DNA of 64,000 nucleotides, taken from assembly GCF_009914755.1 (NCBI RefSeq), contig NC_060934.1. One strand, written 5' to 3'. Shown here piece after piece: positions 40,851 to 53,324 of the stretch; the first letter of the stretch is position 1, and each line of letters opens with the position of its first letter. The notes under the pieces were generated by a model. It was given only the letters and a program-made list of their open reading frames with translations. It was not told the origin of the DNA and made no database searches. A program made the translations under genes and the position numbers. Origin of the DNA: the human T2T-CHM13v2.0 reference genome, Homo sapiens.

Positions 40851-42184
40851 CAAAAGAGTGGTAAAGTTAGAAGATATTTCACAAGTTCTCTATTGCACTG
40901 CATTCTTTGTGGATGAGGAAAATGAGCTGTCAGTCTGTCCAGTGCGGAATTACATAGCTAAAGTTTGCCGGTGAAGTTGGGGTTAGAAATCAACCCTCTG
41001 TCAATTAATTTATCAGAGCTTGCACCCAGGCTCACACTGGGGCTCTGGAGGAAAAGAAGAACAATATTGAGAGAAATAATTCTTTCTCAAGTGTAACTGA
41101 GAGCCTCCCAGTTCCTGCCTCTTTGGCTCAAAGCTCATATTCCTGGGAAGTCATCCTCCCTTCCACTCCAGGGAAAATGGCTTCCTACTTTTATGTGAAA
41201 AGGAGCCACAAAGAATTCAGCATCATGAAACACCCTTAGCTCTATCAATAGAGAAATTTCTGTCTTCAAGGGAAGTCCACTTGATTTGCTTCTGCTTGAA
41301 GTGAAGCAGATAACCTCAATCAACATCTGATTACTTCTTTAATTTCCAGAGCTTGCTCATTACCGAAGCCACACTGTCTCTAGAGAAGGACCTAGAGTAA
41401 CTCAGATTTTAACACACCTGGGCTGACAAGTTACTTAGCTTGGGCTTTAATTGAGAAATCAGTTATTTTACCCATTATTTTGCTAACATTATCAAAATCC
41501 TGTGATACTCAAGGCCCTGAAATGACATTTTCCTCTCCTTTATCATTTGTACATGTGACTAGGAGAAAATTATGTGTGATGGACATGTCGAAGATACATA
41601 AGTTCTTGAAGAGATTCTTTCCTACTTGCTCTACTCACTGATCCGTTTCCACTGAACAAATTGAGTATCAGCATGAGAAGTCACAAGGCAGGGGGTTCAT
41701 TCTTTCTTCCCTGGCTTGGCTTTCTAAAGCGTGTGAGTTTTATATTGTTGCTTTTCAAGATGTGAAGTTGTGTGTAAATTTGTGTGCATGTATGATGAAT
41801 ATTTTTCCCTGCTAAAAGGTACAATGAAATTGATAGTGAAACTTTGCAAACCAACTCTCCGATAAGCTTCTAGTGTTTTTCTTTTTTTTAGGTTTGCCAC
41901 TAATCCTCCCAGCATTTCTGCAGATTGTAACTGAAGCTCAGCTTTTCTAGGAGGAAAATACCTGTTATGGTCAACAACCTAAGAGTCACTCTTGATTCCT
42001 CTCCATTTTCAACTAAACAGCTGCTCTGTCTGTGACGCCTCCAGCATGTGCTCACACCCCAACGGCCTCGGACCTCTCCCAAGGCAGCATCCTCTCAGTT
42101 GAGACCTAAGAAAACTGCCTCCCAAATATTTTCCTTGCTTTTGTCTTTCCCTGAACTCTATTCTCCACATCACAGTCATTATTT

Positions 42185-43612
<1,428 letters not shown>

Positions 43613-43698
43613 CCAGAATGACTGTTTAAAAGTGGAAATTGCATTATTACTCTTTCTAAAGTAATAGCCTAATGCCCAATACAAGTCATTCTCTATCC

Positions 43699-44695
43699 CA
43701 AGGATTCTTCACTTGGGGCCATATACTTCCAAGAGGTCCTTGTGCAGTACTCAGGGAGTCCATGATTTGGACCAAAAAAATTACATCTTTATTTTTATTA
43801 ACCTCTAATTCAAATTTGGCATTTCCTTTAATTATGAATATAGCAATAAACTGTAGGGAGCCAAAGGCCCATGGGACATGACCAACTCAGCATTCCACTG
43901 GAGGCTATATGATCAAACAGCAAACTGTTTATCGTGAATGCAGAATGTGAGCAAACTCAGGACTGCGCATGCCTCCAGGAGGTTTGCTAAGGGCCAGGAG
44001 GTTTGCTGGGCTCCTTAAAGTTATCTACTGGGAAATCTAGTGCCTATTGTTTGAAGAATGCAGTCTTGCAAGCCTGCTGTGATTCAAACTGCTGGCCGAC
44101 AACCACCTGCCCCTTTCTCGTTATCTCTTTTACCTAATAAATTCGGAGGACCGAAACAGCTCAGGGCCCTTGTCCACTAGAGGCGAGGTGCCCCCAACCC
44201 CTTCTTCCAAATATACTCTCTTGTCTTTGACTTTTATTCCCCAGTTAGCCCCACTTTGTTCAGTCCACCAGGGATCATGGCAGGTTACAAGTGGCACCCC
44301 GAACAGTGACAGAATCAGGTGTTCTACAATAAATTAGAACAGTATTAATGACACTTGTAACTTTTTTTAGCAACAGAAATCTCAGATATTTACATATAAG
44401 ATTACAATTGTTACAGGTATCTCAAAGTATTACTTATATTAATCCTACTTTAAAATGATGGTGGTATATTAGAATTATTGCTGGATCTTCATAAAAATGC
44501 CCTAATCAAGAAGCAAGCAGACTTTATCATAATTTGTTTTTTATAATCTGATAACTGATTTTAACATAATCTATTTTCTTATAATCCAATGTTTTTATAT
44601 TATGCCTTTATAAATAATATTTTTCTGAGAAAGGGGTCATAGTCTTCACCAGACTGCCAAAGAAGTCCTCAGCACAAAACATTTAAGAAACCCTG
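43699..44695 (+). mobile_element. hAT-Charlie DNA transposon (Charlie4a-like), split by LTR3B
   Basis: Terminal inverted ends caaggattctt...aagaaaccctg; 8-bp TSD ctctatcc/ctttttcc; internal sequence resumes after the LTR. Confidence 0.8.
43852..44328 (+). mobile_element. Solo HERV-K(HML-6) LTR (LTR3B-like) containing a tRNA-Lys PBS-like sequence
   Basis: gaccaactcagcattccactggaggctatatgatcaaacagc LTR3 motif; TG...CA termini; 6-bp TSD ataaac/ataaat; tggcaccccgaacagtgac at 44292-44310. Confidence 0.85.
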
Positions 44696-45009
44696 CTTTT
44701 TCCATTACCAGTTTTATTTTCTTCCCAGCACATGGCATCAACTGAATTTATCTTATTTACTTGTCAACTTGTTTACGGTCTGTCTCTTTCTGATACTGGA
44801 ATGTAAGTGCTTAGGGCTTAAAATAGTGTCAGGCACATAATAGCCATTCAATAAATATTTATTGAGTTAATTACGGAATCAGCAGCAATTTTCTAAACAA
44901 GAGCTAAATCATTGGCTTAATGAAAATAAAGACTACTGATACCAAATTAGTGACATGTAATCCATACTGAAAATTATTTTACATTTATGCCATCATCATC
45001 ATTAGATTT

Positions 45010-45245
45010 AATAAATGCCAGCATGTCCTATGTGCTGTATTAAGTGTTTGATGCACAGTATCTCATTCACTATTCTCCATACTAACAACCAAGAATATCA
45101 TTAACCATACTTACAGTTAAGGGAACTAAGCCTCAGAGAGGTTAATTTCTCACTCAAGGTCACATAGCTAACAAATGACAGAGTTGGGATTTGCAACCAA
45201 GCCTACCTGCCTTCAGAGTATTGATTTTTAACTACAATAAAACAC
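45010..45245 (-). mobile_element. MIR
   Basis: aactaagcctcagagaggttaa...caaggtcacatagctaa. Confidence 0.75.
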
Positions 45246-46206
45246 TTCTAAGAGAGGAGGAATTTTCTTCCTGTTCAACTGAGAAAGCTAAGATCCTGTG
45301 AAGTTAAGAAATGTGGCCCAGAACGCAGAGTTCAGCAGAGATTTCCAATAAAATGTTCTTTCCACTGTTCTCCTTATGAGCCACAGCAGGAAAACCCCTT
45401 AGCAGAACTGGGTGCTATCAGGTTGCCTCCTACGAGAAGATGAATTTTGGAAGAAGCATAATTAATACTAGCAGGCATTAACTGAAGCCTGTTCTTTTCT
45501 TTCCTGGGGTCCAGTCTGCTTCTCTAAATATTAGGGCTTGGCCTCATTCAGGGCATTAAGGACTTCATTAGGCTGAAATCCAAGTTAATTTGATTGCACA
45601 ATTATAAACTGTCCCTGGCTGGAGGTTGTCTCATTTGCCAGGTTGCAAGGGGGCAGCATGGCTGGATGACATGCTTTTGATCCCCAGCTTGAAGTTTCAG
45701 TGCTTTCTGGCTTTGACCTCATCAAGTTTTACAGAAAGGAAGTTAAATTGGAGCAGGGAGACAGATATTCTCCTTACTAAAGTTGTCACGGGCACACAGA
45801 GGACCATTCATCAGGTCTGCAAAGAAACAAGGCACAGGAAAAGTCCTGGTCACCCGGAGGTGGCAGCAAATGAGATCTAACCAAAGGTCCATTATGCCCA
45901 AGGTCACTCACCCACATGGCAAGCATACATCCAGGCTGACCCCTTTCCTCTTTCCTGTGCCTCATTTTCCCCTTACTGGCTAACAGGTTATTCAGCCCGG
46001 GTATGCAGAGGAGCCAAGGGAAGGAATAAATCGCTTCGTTTTCAACAGGGATTTTGTTGACATTAGTAGAATCTGGAAGCATCCACTTCATGGAGTAGCA
46101 TTTTCCTCTCCTCTGCTATTCATGCAAGTGATCAAAGGACCCACTTCCAGCCTTCCTCAAGAGAGGCCTCTCCTCCAGCCAACAAAGTCCCTTCACTGAC
46201 TATTTT

Positions 46207-46835
46207 TGTAAAGACATTAACTTTGCCCAAAGAGAGGCCTGGCCTTGTCCTGAGCTTCTGGGAGGCAATGTCTAAGCCCTTGGAGTGTCATGCCTGATAA
46301 AAGTGTCTTTTCCAGGGGTCTTGGGCTGGCCAGATAGTAACAGTGTTATTTTGGGTAGGGGCTGACCATGCCAGAAAGTCTAACAATGTCATTTATGATG
46401 GAGGCTTTGGGTTACATGGTATCCATCCACCTCCAGGGGAGCAGGGGACTGAGGCTGGCCATGAGGGCAGTCATTCAAGTTTACATGATCCAGTCCCAGT
46501 AAAAACTTTGAACTCCGAGGCCCGGGCGAACTTTCTCGATTGACAGTACTCCTTGCGTGTAGTCACACATTGATGCTGGGAGGTAACACGATCCATGACT
46601 CCACATGGAGGAGATAATGAAAGCACCATATTTGGATCTTTCCCAGACTCTGGCCTATGTACTTTGTCCTTTGGTTGATTTTAATCTGTATCTTTTCCCT
46701 GTAATAAATTGTAACCGTGAGTATAATAGCCTTCAGTGAGCTCTGCAGTCCTATGCATTATCGAACCTGAAGGTGACTTGGGGAACGTGCCAAACCTGCA
46801 GTTGATGTCAGAGGGAGGATGGTCTTGGGGACTGC
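46207..46835 (+). mobile_element. ERVL LTR (MER77-like)
   Basis: tgta...actttgcccaaagagagg...gtaataaattgtaaccgtgagtataatagc MER21/MER77-group motifs. Confidence 0.75.
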
Positions 46836-46967
46836 TCACCCCATGCCCCTCTTCTGCAGCATCCAAATTCTACCCATGCCTTGGGACCCAACTCTAGCCT
46901 GCCATCCTTCCTTAAAGTTCCCTGGATTACTGCAACCAGCAAGTATGCTGGCTTCTACACTAAAAGC

Positions 46968-47150
46968 TAGTGTTTCTTAAACGCTTTTTAGCAAATTCCA
47001 CAGTAAGAAACAGAGTTTACGTCACAAATCAGTACATTTATACAGTATACATACGTTTATACAGTATATATACATTTATACAGTACATAGATCTATATAT
47101 GTAATGGAAACAAAAGTTTCATAAAATCAAATTGAACTTCTCTAGCTATA
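46968..47150 (+). mobile_element. MER113-like hAT fragment with 19-bp x3 tandem repeat (47033-47089)
   Basis: ccacagtaagaaa...gaaacaaaagtttca motifs; repeat unit tacatttatacagtataca. Confidence 0.6.
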
Positions 47151-47178
47151 TTTCCATCTTGGGCTGATCAATCTCATG

Positions 47179-47321
47179 TTTTATTTATTTATGTATGTAC
47201 TTTTAGAGACAAGGTCCCACTCTGTTTCCCAGGCTGATCTCAAACTCTTGGCCTCAAGCCATACTCTTGACTCAGCCTCCTGAGTAGCTGGGATTATAGG
47301 TACAAGCCACCATGCCCAGCT
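47179..47321 (-). mobile_element. FLAM free left Alu monomer
   Basis: Single antisense monomer with (TTTA)n tail. Confidence 0.85.
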
Positions 47322-47549
47322 GTGTCATCTTTTTTAAATGCTTGTTTTTCCTTTCACAAACCATGAATGAGTTGAGATTGCAGTTTTCAGAAGCACAGGT
47401 CTCGTCCATTATTCTGATAACCGATCTCTTTACTGCCTTACAATACATCTTATTTTGTTTCTTAACTTCACTGTGTTTATATCTCATCTCTCTCAAGACC
47501 TGATTAAAAGTTTCAAAACAGACCTCAAAAAGAACAATACCAATAATAT

Positions 47550-47815
47550 CTAATACTTTTTTTGGTCATGTTCAAGCTGGGCACTGTACTAAGAGCCTTT
47601 CCATGCAGTGTCTAATTGTTTCCACACACTACTATCAGGTAGGTATTATCCACTATGACATCTCTCATCACCACTTTCACCCCATGTGACAAAGGAAAGA
47701 CTTCATAGCTTGGAAAGGTTAACTGGCTTGCCCAGGACAGCTACAAAGTAGTAGAGCCAAGTAAGCCAAGAAGGTCTGGTCTGATTCCAAACCCTGGTGT
47801 TCACCACTAGGCTCC
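47550..47815 (-). mobile_element. MIR
   Basis: gggcactgtactaagag...aggttaactggcttgcccagg. Confidence 0.55.
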
Positions 47816-47844
47816 TTCCTCCCCACTTTCTTTTTGCAAAATTG

Positions 47845-48103
47845 TTTTTTTAAAGACAGGGTCTCACTCTGTCACTCAGGCTGGAACACAGTGGTGCAAC
47901 CAGGGCTCACTTCTGCCTCAAACTCCTGTGCTGAAGTCATGCTCCCACCTCAGGCTCTTGAGTAGCTGAGACTATAGGCACATACCACCATGACCAGCTA
48001 ATCTTTAAAACATTTTCCAGGGCCTCACTACATTGCCCAGGCTGGTCTTGAACTCCTGGGCTCAAGTGATCCTCTTACCTCATGTGAGCCACCCTGCCCA
48101 GCT
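47845..48103 (-). mobile_element. AluJ with internal deletions
   Basis: Diverged antisense Alu dimer with J-type diagnostics. Confidence 0.85.
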
Positions 48104-50912
48104 ACATTCCCACCCATTTTCATTCCCCGCCAGAGCTGCCCAGCAGACCTTTTTGCCCCAGAGTGGAAAGGGCACAGATGACAAATATGAATATACAATT
48201 CTGGCCCAGTGGGCTCAAAGAGGAGGGAGTTCGCAATGTTTCCTCTTCAGCCAGCATTCTTTTCAAGCAAAGCTCTGTGACCTTCTACCCGAAGGCAGCG
48301 CTCTCAGGCCTGTCTGTTGCGGTTCCCCTCACTCATCTCAGGAGAGTCTCCTTCCAGAATGCCAGGCACCCCTGCCTGCCTCCCCACTGCCTCGCCTTCC
48401 CTGCACCAATTAAACTGTCACAGTCGGCTGGCTTGGAGGCAGGTGAGGTCAGGAAGAAATCTGAAGGAAGCTGGGAATTCAGATGAGATGAGGCCTCCTT
48501 GTGCTGAAGCTCCTCTTCTGTTTTCTGTCAAACTGGTCTGAAGACTGATTGGATGAGCCCATAGAGATCCCTGGCGACTCTCTACACTCACCTCTTCCTC
48601 TCCAATGGAGGGTGAGAAATACGGCCTTGTACAGAAGTGGCAGCTTTTGCATCTGTTTGGGTACCCAGTGGTCCCTAGTTCCTGGTGCAACAGCAGTGGG
48701 TCTCGGGTGGAATGATTTTGGCTGGAGATTGTTTGCATCCTGGAATCATTGCCTAAAGAGGAATTTGTCCTCTACAAACAAGTGCTAACCCACAATACAC
48801 AAGAGAAGCAAATCAAAGAGCTCTTAGGCTTGGCCTAATAGATGCATCTTGTCTTACCTACCCCTTTTAGTGTTGTCTGTTATTGGAGGAAGAGGTAGGA
48901 AGCCCAGGGCCTCCCTCCCAGAGTTTCCTTAGCATCACCTGTCATTGTTGAGATTTTGAATGCATTGCAGGTTAAGGGACACTTGATCAAGAAGGGAAAA
49001 CACAGCAGAGACTTTCACTTAGACATGTTTTGTATGTCATGCAGGGAAAAGTTCCCAGTCAACCTCTGCTTAACCTTCGGGTTTGAAGATGGCCCTCTGG
49101 CAGTCACCTGATCTTCATGGCAGAAGAAACAGGAGTGAATGAGCAGATGAATCCATCTTAAGAGAATAGAAATCCTTAGTTTGGGTTTCATTGACCAACT
49201 ATAGGGTACCTGGCAGGCAAAATTTTTGCAGCTTTCATCCAATTCCCAAATGGGTGTTTGACCCACAAAAGAACCACCACCAGTCTACATGGTAATATAC
49301 ATACATTGCCTTCTATAATTTTACTTGCTGTAGCTGCCAAATCTTATTCATACTTCCTCCAAGCATAAGCACATGCATGCACACAGACACAGCCGCCAAA
49401 TGCACCCTCCTTGTCTACTCCTCAGCCTCACCTCGTACCTGATAACAGATTGTACTCAAAGGCACTGGAAGACCACATGGCTGCCTGGAGCACCTTTCAA
49501 TTATTAATGCTGTTCTTTAAAGGCCTTGCCTTATTATTTCTACTCATGCTATTATGAAGAGGGCAAACTCCTTAATGCACTCCTGTGCCACTTCCTCCCA
49601 CTGCTAGAGGAAAAGCACATGCTAGGTACAGTCATCTAATAGCATCCACGTTATTTTCACCTTCTCTGCACACTGTCCCTGCAGTTCTCTCTGGGGCCTC
49701 AAGATCAATTGTATCTCAAACTGGGCCATGGGTTCATTTTCTGCATTTTCTGGCATGGAGTGAGGGTAGCGGGTGTATGGAAATTCCAGCTCTCAAATTA
49801 CAAGGTGGCAGGTCTCTGCATGGGTGTGATGAGCAACATGAGATAGGTATCCTTGTTAAGGACAACTGCCTTCTAGTAGATTCCACCATCAGAGGTCCTG
49901 GAGCCCTACCTACTATTTCTTCCTGAGAGTGTCCTGATAGGTAAAAGGTGGTGTGAGTGTCTTCCACGGGGAAAAGAGACTGATGAGGCAGCTCTACTGA
50001 AATGGCAGTTGATATTAATAGGGCCATCTACTTCCTACTTTGAAAATATCTGAGCTATAAGCTCAGACGCTACCTATCACTAACTGCCAAATTTCCATGA
50101 AAAAGGGTCAGTGATGAAGTTGTAGCCTAGACTTGGGACCATGTCTCAGGGGAAAAGTCTAAGTATGCCTCCGATTTTGTTTTGGAAGGGACGACACCGT
50201 AAGAATTTCATCAGTAAATATTAAATACAAAGTTCAGCAAATTGTGAACTTCAGGGTTCATGAAAACTAAAGCCAGGATTTATCCATGTCAACCTGTACC
50301 TTATACCTACATATGCTAGAAACTAAATCAAGTTTCATACAATGTGCCCATTTAGCTAAGTAAGTCAGAGGATAGTTTCCAATAATTACTAACACTTACA
50401 CACTTAGTATAATCAACTCTTCTTTGGTCAAGTTAATATCCTGGCAGAACAGACAGATTTGGGCCTCTCTTCTTATAAAAAAAGAATCTGACAATTTAAG
50501 GGGCATATGTTCACTTCCATTTATGTCCTGGAAAATATGCCCTGTGACTTAGCAACCATGTTTTAAAAGCTCTTGCAGTTCTTAAACAAACAGAGTGTAT
50601 GTTTATGAGCTTCTAACGACGTTATTTTCAGAGATGATGTAGAGTTAGTGATATGTAGCTCTGGGGCTTACAGTAAGCTGTAGATGATTTATTGGTGTGG
50701 CATACAGTATTTGCCTCGAGAAAAATGGAAATTTAAGCAGTGTTTGAAAATGTGTTAGATGGCAAACGACCCGGGGCACCCTGAGACCAAAGGCTTCCCA
50801 TCTTAGAGAGAGAAGGGGTCCTTTTTGGCAGATGGAGGAGCAAGGGTTAAGAACGTTTCCTGGCACTCAGGGAGCACAGCCAATTCAAGACCAGAAAGAG
50901 AGACAGTTTAGA

Positions 50913-51227
50913 ATAGAGGCTGAAAACAGGAGGCCCAAATCTGGCCTGCAGAGGTGTTTTGCTTGGCCTGCAAGTACTTTAAGAGTTTTGGATTTGAGGC
51001 CAATATTTTAAAATTGGAGATTCAACATAAAATGCAGTATTCTGTCTCCTCTTTGAAACACAGGAAGATCTGGCCACTAGAGCCTGCATTTCTGCATAGG
51101 AACAATCAGCTGGACCTGGGAAGCCACTTCAGGTGAGGCTTCAGCTCTCATTGCAGTCCTCACCAGATCCGCCTCACTCATTTCCAATGTCTGCCCTTCC
51201 CTGTCCAGATGAATTTGCAAACATCAG
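50913..51227 (+). mobile_element. MER102-like hAT-Charlie element
   Basis: ccaaatctggcctgcagaggtgttttgcttggcc...ggaagatctggccac motifs. Confidence 0.65.
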
Positions 51228-51738
51228 ATGAAAAAAATGTTATTTTGTACTGTTGCACTCTCAGCGAACAGATCTCTTAAACCAGTAAGACTCATTGTCA
51301 GATAAAAGAATGGAAAAGGCACATGTTTTTCCAAAACTCGGGAGAAAAGCAAGACTATTAAGTTGTCTTAAAATTTTTGTTGTATCCATTGTTTTGAATG
51401 CTGGGTTGCTGAAGTTCCTATTTCCCAAAGCCAAGTTATCAGACAGGGCTTAAAATAAAATGCTTATTTTAATTTTCTCATTTGAAACAATTAGACCACA
51501 TTGAAGGGGTTTAGTATAAGGCATCTGTCTCTGAGCATGTTTTCTTATCTGTGAAAATTTCCAGAAGGATGGGGCTGTTGGAAAGGGAGAAATAAAGTCA
51601 ATTTCTCCAGCAGGCAGTGCAGGCACAGTGCCTGAGGCCACTGTACTTATGGGACACAAAAAAGTCTAAATTTTAACTTCTTTAAAATCAGAAGAAAATA
51701 AATATAATAATAAATGACGAATAATAACAACGAATCCA

Positions 51739-52213
51739 GGCTGGGCACAGTGGCTCACGCCTGCAATGCCAACACTTTGGGAAGCTGAGGTGGGAGGATT
51801 GCTAGAGCACAGGAGCTTAAAACCAGTCTGGGCAACACAGTGAGACCCCCCCATCTCTACAATAATTTTTTTTTAATTAGCTGGGCATGATGGTGCCCAG
51901 CTGTAGTCCCAGCTACTCTGAAAGCTAAGGCAGGAAGATTACTTGAGCCCTGGAGGCAGAGGTTGTTGTGAGCCATGATTGCACCACTGCACTCCAGTCT
52001 GGGAAACAGAGTGAGACCCTGTCTCAAAGAAAAAAAAAAAATTTGCCAGCCATGGTGGTGCATTCCTGTAATCCCAACTACTCAGGAGACTGAGACTGAA
52101 GGATCACTTGAGCCAAAGAGGTCAAGGTTACAGTGAGCTATGATCATGTCAGTACACTTCAGCCTGGGTGACAGAGTGAGACCGTGTCTCTAAAAATAAT
52201 AGTAATAATAACA
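51739..52213 (+). mobile_element. AluJ with three arms (left + two right arms)
   Basis: Left arm 51739-~51878, right arm ~51879-52041 with A-tail, second right arm ~52042-52200 with A-rich tail. Confidence 0.85.
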
Positions 52214-53275
52214 ACAATAATAAATCCAGCCTGGATTATATTCATTCTTATACCAATGCAGCCGCAAAATATAATATTTAATATTCTTATGGAAGAATTG
52301 GCTCAACAAAGCCAACGTACCTAGAGTCCATGGAAATCACAGCACGGAGCTGGAGGCAAATGCTGGTCTTCAGGCCAACAACCATGCCCACACTGTGGCC
52401 TGTTTGCGAGCAGCACAAGCTCATTTTACTGCAGACTCTCCTCCCCATCATGCCCCTGTGATGCTCTGTATGTGGCAAGTTCGTAACAAGACCCCTGCAA
52501 AGCACGTCGCACACTGACCTCAGTTTCAAAAAGATGGAGTGGATGCCATTCAGATGCTTCTGGAAATTTCCAAATAAAAATTTCCAAAAGTTTTAATCAT
52601 CTATCATTGGACAACAGGTATTACTGCCACTGGATAGAGTCCGCTTCTCTGATTATTTTATGCCGTCCCTGAAGCATTCTCAATCCCTAATCTCAGTAGC
52701 TGATTTCAAGGCAAGGTTTTGCTTGACTTTAGCGTATACTGAAAATCACAAAGCCCGAGTACAGGCCATAATGAGAGTCTTCTCTTGTGGACTCCTAGAG
52801 TTGAGGGCAGACTGAGTTTTCTGTCTATTCAACTCAAAATCTCCCCTACAGCCAAAACATGTTATAGCATCCAGCTATCTTTTCAACTCCTCAACCTTCA
52901 GCACTTACTGTGTGCAATGCTCATATTAGTCATTGATATATTGCTTAGCGATGCCTTACTTGTTCTTGTTTTGTTATCTTATTTTTCCTTTATATATGGC
53001 TGGACTTCCTGCCCCTTGTAAAAATATGTATAATTTAAATGTCTTAATGGAAAAGATCTAGCATTATACATAAGTACTCAAAATTCCCCAGTACCTAGCA
53101 AAATGCCTTATACACAGTTTGTACTCAGTGGAGAGCTATTATCTGATTGGTACCTTTAAGGCCACAGGTACACAGACAGCTCTCAGCCTCATCTCTGCTA
53201 CTGTGATGAGCCTGGTGGCCAATTCCCCCATGCTCTTCTTCTCCACTTAATTTTTAGGCAGGACATAATTGTTTC

Positions 53276-53277
<2 letters not shown>

Positions 53278-53320
<43 letters not shown>
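53278..53320. repeat. (AC)21 microsatellite
   Basis: Read directly; reads (UG)n in the minus-strand pre-mRNA. Confidence 0.95.
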
Positions 53321-53324
<4 letters not shown>

